Assembly (NCBI GenBank): GCA_021774445.1 | Contig: JAJFJA010000005.1 | Span: forward strand, 73,790 to 137,789 | Reading direction: 5' to 3' | DNA length: 64,000 nt | Origin: Alphaproteobacteria bacterium | GTDB taxonomy: Bacteria > Pseudomonadota > Alphaproteobacteria > UBA6615 | Shown: piece after piece, positions 1 to 9,292 of the stretch | How the letters are laid out: every line of letters starts with the position of its first letter | Position numbering within the stretch: position 1 is the first letter of the stretch | Notes under the pieces: model-generated | Database searches by the model: none | What the model saw: the letters and a program-made list of their open reading frames with translations, nothing else | Told to the model about the DNA's origin: nothing | Position numbers and translations under genes: made by a program

Positions 1-76
1 GTGGCGGAACACCCGTTCCAAGCTCACCAGGCACTAGACCAGGGTCTGATCGAGATCATCGTGCGGCTTACATCTA

Positions 77-388
77 TTAGGCCTTCGCAGGCGGCAGATA
101 GCGCACAAGCTCCTTGAACTCTCGCCATTCGGTGCCTGCCCAGATCTCGGTCTCCGCGTGACCAAAAGTGCGGATAATGGTTGCGATCTTTGTCGCGGTC
201 CCAATATCAGGCGCCTCGAAGATGTCCAGGTAGTCGCACGGTCCGAGCACGGCGTAGCTGGACCGCCACTCGACCTCTGGGCACTCGGCATGAACGCGCT
301 CCATCACCTCGCGTTCCAGGTTTTCAAGTGAGCTTGGGGACTTCAGCGCGCCATGCGACAGGCGCGTTAACATGATAAATGTGGCCAT
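77..388 (-). CDS. GYD domain protein
   Basis: Translation MATFIMLTRLSHGALKSP...EVEWRSSYAVLGPCDYLDIFEAPD matches the GYD family fold. The ORF-track start at 451 is an extension; an internal ATG at 386-388 gives the canonical MATF N-terminus. Confidence 0.7.
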   Translation of the reverse strand: MATFIMLTRLSHGALKSPSSLENLEREVMERVHAECPEVEWRSSYAVLGPCDYLDIFEAPDIGTATKIATIIRTFGHAETEIWAGTEWREFKELVRYLPPAKA

Positions 389-709
389 CGGATTTCCCCT
401 CTCGCCAGGCGCCCTCTGGTGTCGGTTCTCGCGCCCACGGCGAACCGGCATCTCTCGACGTCATGCAAGCAAGACTAGTTGCGCCGGATTGGTCGCAAAT
501 CCATAACCATCTCGGCGTACAACCCCTAAGGATGTCCCGCCTCGCGGGATCTTCCACACGGCTCTTCATCGCGACCCGCCAACATTGGGTCAGCCATACT
601 TGAAGCACCCTGATGTAGATCAACCGTTCGTGGATTTTTTGGTCTAAGTTGTCTTTGCAAACTCCCTATACGGGGAACGACCCGCAACGAATTGCTCTTG
701 AGCCGTGGC

Positions 710-904
710 ATGACCGAAATCTTGGAAGGCCAAAGATATTGGAAGATCGGCGACCATACCCATGTCTGGGTTGTCGATGCAGTGGAATCCGAAAAGGCCG
801 ATCGGCCCGCTTTTGCGATCATGGTCAGCGAAGACGGGCTCGCGACCGAGGATGTCGATTTGTCACACCTCAATAACCCCAGTCTCTTTAGCCGCGTCCC
901 ATAG
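710..904 (+). CDS. Small hypothetical protein (64 aa)
   Basis: ORF MTEILEGQRYWKIGDHTHVWVVDAVESEKADRPAFAIMVSEDG... has a non-repetitive composition. No SD and no recognisable family. Confidence 0.25.
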   Translation: MTEILEGQRYWKIGDHTHVWVVDAVESEKADRPAFAIMVSEDGLATEDVDLSHLNNPSLFSRVP

Positions 905-1057
905 CAGAGCTGGGAAAGGCGCGCGTCTATTAGGCGGCGGGCTCCTTAGGGCGAAGGTCGTGCCCGCTCCGTCGCGCCCGACCTCGGTAGCCCGATCCGT
1001 CAAACGAATGCTGTCGCCGCACACTGCGTAGCGTGTGCTTCGTGCGGTGCCATCTGA

Positions 1058-1819
1058 CTACAGCCCGCCGTGCGCGATGAATGCTCCATTGCGGTAGTTG
1101 GGCTTGCCGTACTGAAGCAGCGGTCCGTCCGGATGGGTCACGCGTCCGCCGGCGGCGCGCAAAACCGCATCGCCGGCAGCGGTGTCCCACTCCATTGTCG
1201 GACCGAAGCGGGGGTAGACGTCCGCCTCGCCGCATGCCACCAGGCAGAATTTCAGCGATGACCCCATGGCGACGATATCGGCAATGTTGCTGCCTGCGAG
1301 CCATGTGTCCGTCCGCTCATCACGATGGGAAAGGCTCACGACCGCAACGGCACCCGATGCCGGAACCGACCGAATACCGATCGCGCGCATGGCGCCGTTT
1401 GCGAACTCTGATGCACCGCTCCCGACGATACCTGCAAACATCCGATCCAGCGCCGGTGCGAAGACGACGCCGAGAACCGGGACGCCCTTCTCGATCAGGG
1501 CGATATTCACCGTGAACGCGCCCTTGCCGTCGCGCTTCAAGAACTCTTTTGTTCCATCGAGTGGATCGACCAAAAAAAAACGCTCCGGCGCTGCCACTGA
1601 ATGGCTCGCGGCGTTCTCTTCGGACACAATGGGGGTGTCAGGCGCAAGCTTGTTCAGGGCCGGCACGATGATCGCTTCGGCGGCTTCATCAGCCTCAGTG
1701 ACCGGCGACTCATCTGGCTTATATGAAGCAACTGGTTCTTTCGCATAAACTGTCATGATTGCTTTACTGGCGGCGCGCGCGACCGTACGAAGCTGTTCAA
1801 GAAGAGTGGAGTGTTCCAT
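1058..1819 (-). CDS. cysQ: 3'(2'),5'-bisphosphate nucleotidase, inositol monophosphatase family (CysQ-like)
   Basis: 253 aa with IMPase/CysQ motifs (FLVDPLDGTKEF, WDTAAGDAVLRAAGG). Confidence 0.8.
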   Translation of the reverse strand: MEHSTLLEQLRTVARAASKAIMTVYAKEPVASYKPDESPVTEADEAAEAIIVPALNKLAPDTPIVSEENAASHSVAAPERFFLVDPLDGTKEFLKRDGKGAFTVNIALIEKGVPVLGVVFAPALDRMFAGIVGSGASEFANGAMRAIGIRSVPASGAVAVVSLSHRDERTDTWLAGSNIADIVAMGSSLKFCLVACGEADVYPRFGPTMEWDTAAGDAVLRAAGGRVTHPDGPLLQYGKPNYRNGAFIAHGGL

Positions 1820-2232
1820 AGGGCACCAACGCTATCGGTTCATTGACGTCATATAGGCGCTGATCCGCTCTGCCAACCTGTCGGGATCAAGGTCGCCGCT
1901 TTTGAAGACGAGCTCGGCAGCTTCAGCGTCGGCGTTGCGTTATGTTTCCGCGCGCCAGCGCCAACGGTTTTGCAGATGCCCGGGACGGAAGACAAGAAGG
2001 TGGGGTAAGAGTTCCAGCACCTGCAGCGCTTCATCTGCAAAGCGGTAGCCGCGAACTGAGCCAAGACGCCACGCCGTGATTGGCCGCTTGGCTGCAGCGG
2101 CTCAGCTCGCGGACGGCAAAGGTGGTGCGCCGGTTCAACCCCGGTAGGAGCAGTAATCAGCGTCAGCGCCTGCGCTGGATCAAGGACGCCGCAGGAGATT
2201 CGGGCGACAGTGCCGTTCTGACCGGAGCATCA

Positions 2233-2679
2233 ATGAGTGACGCACTGAGCCATCGAAAGGGCCACAACCGCTGGGAGCACTTCCCCCATGGCGCCGATGC
2301 CGGCCTACGCGGCTTCGGCGCCACCAGAGAGGCGGCTTTTGCTCAGATTGCCTGCGCTTTGATAGCGGCGATCACCGATCCGCCGGAGGTATCGCCGATT
2401 GAGCGCGTGACCGTCACTTGCAGCGCACCTGACGACGAAACTTTGCTGGTTGAGTGGCTCAACGCCATCGTTTTCGAAATGGCCGTACGCGGCATGCTGT
2501 TCAGTCGCTTCGCGGTGCAAATTTCCGGCACCGAATTGCAGGGCGAGGCATGGGGCGAACCGATCGATGTCGAGAAACATCAGCCTGCGGCCGAGGTCAA
2601 GGGCGTCACCTATACGGCGCTGAAAGTCCAACAGCGGTCAGATGGGACCTGGTTCTGCCAATGTGTCGCTGACGTATGA
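2233..2679 (+). CDS. Archease (RtcB activator/chaperone)
   Basis: HFPHGADAGLRGFGATREAAFAQ...AEVKGVTYTALKV aligns to the archease family (human DHTADVQLHAWGDTLEEAFEQ...TEVKAITYSAMQV). Start reset to the ATG at 2233. The stop overlaps the rtcB start (ATGA at 2676-2679). Confidence 0.85.
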   Translation: MSDALSHRKGHNRWEHFPHGADAGLRGFGATREAAFAQIACALIAAITDPPEVSPIERVTVTCSAPDDETLLVEWLNAIVFEMAVRGMLFSRFAVQISGTELQGEAWGEPIDVEKHQPAAEVKGVTYTALKVQQRSDGTWFCQCVADV

Positions 2680-4121
2680 GGGAGGGTGAATTGCCTTGGT
2701 CCCAGCTCGAACAGATCGGCTCAGCCGAGTGGCGCTTGCCGCCGACGGGTCCGATGCGCGTTCCGGGAGTGATTTTCGGTAATCGGAAGATCGTCGAAGC
2801 GCTCGACGAGAAGGTCTTCGAACAAGTCGCCAACGTCGCGGCGCTGCCCGGCATTGTGAAGGCATCTTACGCGATGCCCGACGCCCATTGGGGCTATGGC
2901 TTCCCGATCGGCGGTGTGGCGGCCTTCGACCCGGACTCCGACGGCGTCGTCTCCGCAGGCGGTGTTGGTTTCGACATCTCCTGCGGCGTGCGCACACTGC
3001 TCACCGGTCTCGACGTGGCGGCTATCGAGGCGGTGAAACGACCGCTTGCCGATGCTCTCTTTGCGCGCATTCCGGCCGGTGTGGGCAGCACCGGGGAAGT
3101 CACGCTATCGTCCGCGGAAATGGATGCGATGCTGGTCGGTGGTGGCGTTTGGGCAGTGGCTCAGGGCTTCGGCGACGCCGCCGACCTCGAGCGGGTCGAG
3201 GAGCACGGCTGCATGCCCGGCGCGTCGCCTGAATGTGTGTCGGAGCGCGCCAAGACCCGGCAGCGCAAGGAGACCGGCACTTTGGGGTCCGGCAATCATT
3301 ATCTCGAGGTGCAAGCGATCGGCGAGATTTTCGATCCGGCGGCGGCGGCGGCTTTCGGGCTCGTGCGGGGTCAGGTCGTTGTCACGATTCATTGCGGATC
3401 ACGGGGTCTTGGACACCAAGTCGGCACGGAGTTTCTGCGTGATATGGCCGCAGCCGCAGCCACTTACGGTATTGATCTGCCCGATCGCGAACTCGCCTGT
3501 GCGCCGATCCGATCGGCGCTGGGTGACCGCTATCTGAAGGCCATGCGGGCCGCGATCAACTGCGCCTTGGCCAACCGGCAGGTCTTGACGCATCTCACGC
3601 GCGAGGTGTTCTCCGCATTGCTGCCCGCGGCGCACTTGCCGCTGCTCTTCGATGTCTCCCACAACACCTGTAAGGTCGAGACCCATGAGATCGACGGTGG
3701 CACGCGCCAGCTCTATGTCCACCGCAAAGGTGCCACCCGTGCCTTCGGGCCCGGCCACCCTGACCTTCCCGCGGCGCTGCGCGACACCGGCCAGCCCGTG
3801 CTGATAGGCGGCAGCATGGGGACGGCGTCGTATGTGTTGGCCGGAACCATTGAGAGCGCCGGGTTGGCATTCAGCTCCGCCTGCCATGGTGCCGGCCGCC
3901 AGATGAGCCGACATCAAGCGCGCAAGCACTGGCGCGGGCGGGCAGTTGTCGATGAGTTGGCCGATCGTGGGGTGATCATTTGCAGCCCGTCGGCACGCGG
4001 CGTCGCCGAAGAGGCGCCCGGCGCCTACAAGGATGTCACCGCCGTCGTCGACGCCACCGCACGTGCTGGACTCGCCCGGAAGGTCGCCCGCCTGAGACCG
4101 CTGATCTGCATCAAGGGTTAG
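2676..4121 (+). CDS. rtcB: RNA-splicing ligase RtcB (3'-phosphate/5'-hydroxyl RNA ligase)
   Basis: 481 aa with the RtcB hallmark MPDAHWGYGFPIGGVAAF and further C-terminal conservation. Translationally coupled to archease. Confidence 0.9.
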   Translation: MREGELPWSQLEQIGSAEWRLPPTGPMRVPGVIFGNRKIVEALDEKVFEQVANVAALPGIVKASYAMPDAHWGYGFPIGGVAAFDPDSDGVVSAGGVGFDISCGVRTLLTGLDVAAIEAVKRPLADALFARIPAGVGSTGEVTLSSAEMDAMLVGGGVWAVAQGFGDAADLERVEEHGCMPGASPECVSERAKTRQRKETGTLGSGNHYLEVQAIGEIFDPAAAAAFGLVRGQVVVTIHCGSRGLGHQVGTEFLRDMAAAAATYGIDLPDRELACAPIRSALGDRYLKAMRAAINCALANRQVLTHLTREVFSALLPAAHLPLLFDVSHNTCKVETHEIDGGTRQLYVHRKGATRAFGPGHPDLPAALRDTGQPVLIGGSMGTASYVLAGTIESAGLAFSSACHGAGRQMSRHQARKHWRGRAVVDELADRGVIICSPSARGVAEEAPGAYKDVTAVVDATARAGLARKVARLRPLICIKG

Positions 4122-4248
4122 TTGACAGAGGCCTATCCAAGGGCTCGTCGCTCGTGTTCCGGTCCGCGGCGACGATGGAGCACGCTGCTAACACTGAATT
4201 ATCAGTTGCCATCAGGACCTAACTGCTGGCCTCTGGACGAGCGGGTTG

Positions 4249-5430
4249 TTAACGACCAAAAAAGGTATCTATCAGATCGAAAGCCCGTTCGATTGTCTCC
4301 TCCGGCACACAGTATGCCATCCGAACGCGGTGCTCGCCGGTTGGCCCGAACGCGCTTCCAGGCGTGACAGCGACCCCTACTTCTTCGAGCAGTCTGATAG
4401 AGAACTCGAAAGAATTGTCGTGCTCTGCGACGATCTTGGGAAAGACATAGTACGCGCCCTCGGGTTTCACATATTCGAAGACGTGCGGCACGCTATCCAA
4501 GCGTTGGCAGATCAGAGCCCGTCGACGAGCCAGGATTTCCTCGAATTCGCGAAGGTGCAGTGACTCCTCCGTCAACGCCGCCAGCCCGGCGACCTGAGAG
4601 ATCCGGGGCGAGCATATGATCGTCGCGTCGTGCACCTTCAGCACCTCTTGCTTGAGGTGCTCAGGCACGATCATGTAACCAACGCGCCAACCGCTCATCG
4701 CGTGGGCTTTGGAGAAGGTGAACAGGTAGACCACGCGGTCGGTCAGCTCGGCCACTGAGCTCAAGTTGAAATAGCGGTCGCCGTTTTCGTAGGTGAAATG
4801 ACAGTAAGGGTCGTCGAGTAAGATGAGTAGATCCCGCTCCTGGGCGATCTGCCCGACGCGTCGGAGTGCCGCCTCGGCAAAGATCTTCCCCGTCGGGTTC
4901 GACGGCGACACGAGCACAATCGCCTTGGTCCTATCGGTGATTAGGCCTGGCAAGGCATCGAGGTCCAAGCGCCAGCCTTGAGGCTCGTCCAACTTCCAAT
5001 GGATTGGCTCGCCACCGCAGAGCCGGATCTGCTGGAAGTGCGACGCGAAGCCAGGGTCAGTCAGGATGATCTCGTCGCCGGCGTCGATGATTACGTGAAA
5101 CAGTGCGTTTAAGCCCTGCATGTTCCCGGCCGTGATCATCACATTCCGGTCCGCATCTGCCTCGATTCCCGTTGCTGCGAGATGCGCCCTTGTGACCGCC
5201 TGGCGAAGTTCCGGCAGGCCATCCGGAAGTGCATATTTGCCGATATCCAAGTCGGTTTCGAGACGCTGCGCCACGGCGCGACGTATTGGCTCGGGCGTCC
5301 GGAATGACGGGAGCCCCCAGGCCAAAGAGGCTGTTCCTGGAATTTTGGCACTGCGCATCGCCATTTCCTTGATCGCGGAAATCGTGATGCTCGATACACG
5401 CCGAGAGACCCAAGCCTTGCTGTTTTCCAT
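4249..5430 (-). CDS. PLP-dependent aminotransferase, class I/II
   Basis: 393 aa with the aminotransferase fold (NPTGK...FSKAHAMSGWRVGY); the lysine in SKAH is the putative PLP site. Confidence 0.85.
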   Translation of the reverse strand: MENSKAWVSRRVSSITISAIKEMAMRSAKIPGTASLAWGLPSFRTPEPIRRAVAQRLETDLDIGKYALPDGLPELRQAVTRAHLAATGIEADADRNVMITAGNMQGLNALFHVIIDAGDEIILTDPGFASHFQQIRLCGGEPIHWKLDEPQGWRLDLDALPGLITDRTKAIVLVSPSNPTGKIFAEAALRRVGQIAQERDLLILLDDPYCHFTYENGDRYFNLSSVAELTDRVVYLFTFSKAHAMSGWRVGYMIVPEHLKQEVLKVHDATIICSPRISQVAGLAALTEESLHLREFEEILARRRALICQRLDSVPHVFEYVKPEGAYYVFPKIVAEHDNSFEFSIRLLEEVGVAVTPGSAFGPTGEHRVRMAYCVPEETIERAFDLIDTFFGR

Positions 5431-5690
5431 GCCACCCTGCGATCCCTACAGATTGATTTTTGCGCGCACCAAGCACGACAAATTTTGGCGCGTCGGAGTC
5501 TGGCCTTTGTTCGAATCAAGTGTCACCTGTCGAACTCGCGTCTCGGCTGCTTCGGGTCAGTCGTCGGTCGCGGCAGTTTGGCGGGTCAACGCCGATGGGT
5601 CTCGATCAGCCCGGTGAATTCCTTGACCATCATACGACGGCGCGGCCGCCGATCATTGTTATGGTACAGGCGGCTCGCCTCCCCACAGGC

Positions 5691-7889
5691 TCATAGCGTA
5701 ATCTTAACTTGCCCGTCGCCTTCCCGTTTCAACACGTTTAGAGCAACGTCTGTCTGGTGCCTGCGCAACAGAATGTCCATGCGGCTATCACCGATCTGTA
5801 GCGAGCGGATAAGGACCTCCCCCACAAAGTCCGGCAATCGCGGTCGATCAAATCTGATTTCAGACGTTCGATGGTCGAATTTGAGCCCGAGACATGCTTG
5901 CAGGAGCGCTAACGGCACCGCCCCCGCCCAGGCCTGCGGCGAACAGGCCACGGGATAGAAGGTCGGGCCCGTAGCGGGGACACGCCGGAAGCCGCAGAAT
6001 AGTTCCGGCAGACGCCTTAGATCCATATGCAGCGTCGCGTCGAACAAGCCTGCGAACAGCTTTTGCACATGATCGGTAAAACCGTACCGCGCCAGCCCCA
6101 ACGCAATCAGCGCGTTGTCGTGTGGCCAAACCGAACCGTTGTGATAGGACATCGGATTGTACCGCGCCTCGCTCTCCGCGATGGTCCTGATACCCCAGCC
6201 AGTCAAAAACCCATGACCCATGAGCAGGTCCGCAACCTTGGCCGCATGTTCCGGGGATGCAATACCGGCGAAAAGAGCATGTCCGGCGTTTGACGCACGC
6301 ACCGCGCAAGGTTTCTTATCGCCGTCTAGCGCCAGCACATAGCATGATAGCTCTTCGGACCAGAAGACTGCCTCGAAGTGTTCCTGGAGCATGGCGGCCT
6401 CATGCTCCAATGTGGACGCCATCGCCGCAAACCCAATCTCGCGGGCCAATACGGCGGCGTTTATTTTCGCCGCATAGACATAGCCTTGCACCTCGCAGAG
6501 CGCGATCGGACCGGTGGCCAGTCGGCCGTCCGCATGAAAGATCGAGTCGTGAGAATCCTTCCACCCCTGATTTCCAAGCCCGTCTGCCCCCTGCCGCTCA
6601 TACTCGACGAAGCCGTCACCGTCTCGGTCCCCGTAGCGATCGATCCAGTCGAGGGCCGCTTCGATGTTCGGCCACAGATTGGCGATCGTTTCCAGATCTC
6701 CGGTTCGCTCGTAATACATGCCGGCCAGGACGACAAACAGGGGCGTCGCGTCGACGCTGCCATAGTAGTGGCCGAACGGGACCTCGCCCAGTGTCGCCAT
6801 TTCGCCTTGCCGCATTTCGTGCAGAATTTTGCCTGGCTCGGCATCGTTCGCCGGGTCGACGGTTCTTGCTTGGTGGGCGGCGAGGAACCGCAGCACGCCG
6901 CGGGCAGTGTCGGGATCGATCCATAACAGCTGCATCGCGGTAATGATCCCATCCCGGCCGAAAACGGTGCTGAACCACGGAATACCGGCATAGGGGTATG
7001 GTCCGTGCTCGGTGTCCGTCACCAGCATCTGGTAGTCCGCGATTGAACGGCACAGCAGTTCAGTGAAAAACGGATTCGACGTCTCGACACTCGCCATACG
7101 CTCGCTGCACCGGCACAGCGCCCTGCGTGCCTCCCGCAGACACACGAAAAACTGCCGCGACGTCGCTATTGTTTCACCATCCTCGTCGCAGGCAATCGTG
7201 ACAAACAGACTGACCTGCTCTTGTGGTTGCAGCGATAGATCGAATGTCGCCGACCGTGTGTCGATATGGTCCGGCTTTGGTTCGAAGGAGATGGTCGTGC
7301 GTCGCTGCACGTTGTCGAGCCCGGCATAGGAAAGCACGACGACGTTGTCGACGGGGCAGCTTGACGTGCCTCGCCCCCTTGCCGCGCGGACGTGCCCTCG
7401 TACTTCGAATATGTCCGCGAAATCAGCCGCGAAATTGAACTTTAGCGCTATTGTCTTCTCATCGCTGTGGAAGCTCTGTACCCGGATGCGTTCATAACAT
7501 GCCCCCTCCCATAGGAATTTCGAACGCACCACATGAATGGTGTCACGCGGCAACCCGAGTTTGCCATCGGCAAAGATATCGGGGTTCGTGAGATTTGCGA
7601 TTAGTAAGGTGTTATTGCTGCGAACTGTAGAGCTGAGCAACAGGGGTTTGCGGTCGTCGATCAGTATTCGAACTTCGGAGAGATATCGGGTGTCCTTGTA
7701 ATAAAGGCCGTCCGGAGCCCCTGCCGTCCGAACGATATCTCCGTGATGGTCGAAGACTCCGAACATATCTCCGTTCTTGAGGGCACGGGGTCGTCGCTCC
7801 AGAACCGCCTCGGTCGCAGGAATATAAAACTTATCGTCGGCGCCGTCGGGAGGCACAGGTTTCGATGCCGGTGGTGGCTCCGACTTCAT
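5691..7889 (-). CDS. Amylo-alpha-1,6-glucosidase family protein (glycogen-debranching-enzyme-like, GDE_N_bis + GDE_C)
   Basis: 732 aa. The C-terminal six-hairpin glycosidase region (GIPWFSTVFGRDGIITAMQLL...GNQGWKDSHDSIFHADG) is typical of bacterial/archaeal GDE-like proteins. Confidence 0.8.
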   Translation of the reverse strand: MKSEPPPASKPVPPDGADDKFYIPATEAVLERRPRALKNGDMFGVFDHHGDIVRTAGAPDGLYYKDTRYLSEVRILIDDRKPLLLSSTVRSNNTLLIANLTNPDIFADGKLGLPRDTIHVVRSKFLWEGACYERIRVQSFHSDEKTIALKFNFAADFADIFEVRGHVRAARGRGTSSCPVDNVVVLSYAGLDNVQRRTTISFEPKPDHIDTRSATFDLSLQPQEQVSLFVTIACDEDGETIATSRQFFVCLREARRALCRCSERMASVETSNPFFTELLCRSIADYQMLVTDTEHGPYPYAGIPWFSTVFGRDGIITAMQLLWIDPDTARGVLRFLAAHQARTVDPANDAEPGKILHEMRQGEMATLGEVPFGHYYGSVDATPLFVVLAGMYYERTGDLETIANLWPNIEAALDWIDRYGDRDGDGFVEYERQGADGLGNQGWKDSHDSIFHADGRLATGPIALCEVQGYVYAAKINAAVLAREIGFAAMASTLEHEAAMLQEHFEAVFWSEELSCYVLALDGDKKPCAVRASNAGHALFAGIASPEHAAKVADLLMGHGFLTGWGIRTIAESEARYNPMSYHNGSVWPHDNALIALGLARYGFTDHVQKLFAGLFDATLHMDLRRLPELFCGFRRVPATGPTFYPVACSPQAWAGAVPLALLQACLGLKFDHRTSEIRFDRPRLPDFVGEVLIRSLQIGDSRMDILLRRHQTDVALNVLKREGDGQVKITL

Positions 7890-7930
7890 TCGAAGACCTT
7901 CATCTGCAATACGGGCGCAACTATCTATAC

Positions 7931-8983
7931 TCAGGCAGCCCGGACTGGCAATCGGCCGGCGCCGATCATCGCTGCGTAAATCGCCAGGTAGTCGTTTGCC
8001 ATTCGCTCGACACTGAACCGCTCGACAAACCGGTCGCGAATATCGCCGCGGTTCAATTCGTCAAGTCGACGAACCGCACCCACTGCTTCGCCGATAGTAT
8101 TGACGATAAATCCGGTCCGACCATGCTCGATGACTTCCGGAACCGATCCGCGACGATACGCAACCACCGGCGTTCCGCATGCCATCGCTTCGATCATCGT
8201 CAGACCAAATGGTTCGGGCCAGCCGATGGGAAACAACAATGCGCGCGCACCGCCAAGGAAAGCACTCTTCTCTGAGTCATCTATCTCGCCGACGAACTCT
8301 ATCAGCGGATCATTCAAAAGAGGCCGGATTTGACTCTCGAAGTACGCCCGATCAACGCGGTCAATTTTGGCGGCAATCTTGAGCCTCACACCGGTGCGGC
8401 GCGCAATCTCTATGGCACGGTCCACGCCTTTTTCAGGACAGATCCGACCCAAGAAGGCAACATAGTTTTCCCTCACCGCGGGATTGTAGCGGTACAGCCC
8501 AAGAGGCAAGCCGTGATAGACCGTACCCATCCAGTTCATTCCAAGTGTCGGCTCCCGTTGCTGGTCGGAAATGGAGACCAACGGCATTTCGCGGAATTCG
8601 CGGTAAAAGCGGAGTAAGTCAGCCAAATCCTGACGACCATGCAGCGTGGTGATCGTTCGATACGCCAAATCGCGAAACAAGGGGAAATGTAGAACATCCA
8701 TGTGAAAATGAATGACGTCGAACTCCGCCGCACGACGCCGCACGCGATCGAGCATCACCATGTAGTGTGGGATAGGATCCACCACCCGCGGATCGTGCCG
8801 CAGCGCGCGCTGACAACAAGGGACGAGCGTGGCCGATGTCGACGAGTCGCCACTGGCGAATAGCGTGATGTCGTGACCCTGCCGGACCAGTTCCTCGACA
8901 AGATGAGAAATCACCCGCTCCGTCCCGCCGTAAAGCGGCGGCGGAACGCTTTCGATCAAGGCCGCAACCTGTGCGATTTTCAT
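7931..8983 (-). CDS. Glycosyltransferase family 4 (GT-B, group 1)
   Basis: MKIAQVAALIESVPPPLYGGTERVISHLVEEL... N-terminus and EX7E-type C-terminal region. The track starts at a TTG (9007); the real start is the ATG at 8983, preceded by AGGAGGTGGAG. Confidence 0.85.
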   Translation of the reverse strand: MKIAQVAALIESVPPPLYGGTERVISHLVEELVRQGHDITLFASGDSSTSATLVPCCQRALRHDPRVVDPIPHYMVMLDRVRRRAAEFDVIHFHMDVLHFPLFRDLAYRTITTLHGRQDLADLLRFYREFREMPLVSISDQQREPTLGMNWMGTVYHGLPLGLYRYNPAVRENYVAFLGRICPEKGVDRAIEIARRTGVRLKIAAKIDRVDRAYFESQIRPLLNDPLIEFVGEIDDSEKSAFLGGARALLFPIGWPEPFGLTMIEAMACGTPVVAYRRGSVPEVIEHGRTGFIVNTIGEAVGAVRRLDELNRGDIRDRFVERFSVERMANDYLAIYAAMIGAGRLPVRAA

Positions 8984-9292
8984 TTCACTCCACCTCCTAT
9001 CGGACAATGTCGATCATAAAAACGCCAGGCTTGGTAACCGGCAAAATGCCACGCCCACTTGGGGTCGGATGAGGTGGACGCGCCACTCTGTTCGGAGCAA
9101 TCAGCGCCAGAATTTACCAAAATATGACTATCGCCGCCTTGATCTGAATCAATAGTGGTAGGCGGTTATCAATCAGGGTTAGTTCGATTTTCGACTGTTT
9201 CGGCACGACAGGGTGTGCCGAGTGGCGCCGGCCGTCATTTTTCCCCCTTCACGCCCCGCGTGCGAGGCGTTCAGGAGAGCTCGCAACCTACC

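Noticed and set aside
34-291. 85-aa ORF on the minus strand overlapping the GYD gene
   Set aside because: Out-of-frame overlap with a well-supported GYD coding sequence; Arg/Ser/Pro-rich composition typical of GC-rich spurious frames.
526-873. 115-aa minus-strand ORF in the GYD-cysQ intergenic region
   Set aside because: Ser/Thr-rich low-complexity translation, no motif, and it overlaps the slightly more plausible plus-strand small ORF.
1266-1748. 160-aa plus-strand ORF
   Set aside because: Antisense to cysQ over its whole length; the translation is low-complexity. Several similar antisense ORFs were rejected for the same reason (for example 6257..6943, 6378..6926, 12101..13075, 16370..16963, 21502..21954, 22639..23490, 24289..25155, 41431..41961, 44017..44718, 45204..45893, 51738..52472).
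1820-2232. Sigma54 (-24/-12) promoter upstream of archease-rtcB
   Set aside because: Several GG/GC-containing strings were checked (for example TGGCTGCAGCGGCTCA), but none has the GG-N10-GC spacing. No promoter call made.
5431-5690. Inverted repeat GTTCGA-N15-TCGAAC between the aminotransferase and GDE-like genes
   Set aside because: Short 6-bp arms and a large loop; could be chance in 260 bp. Not reported as a feature.
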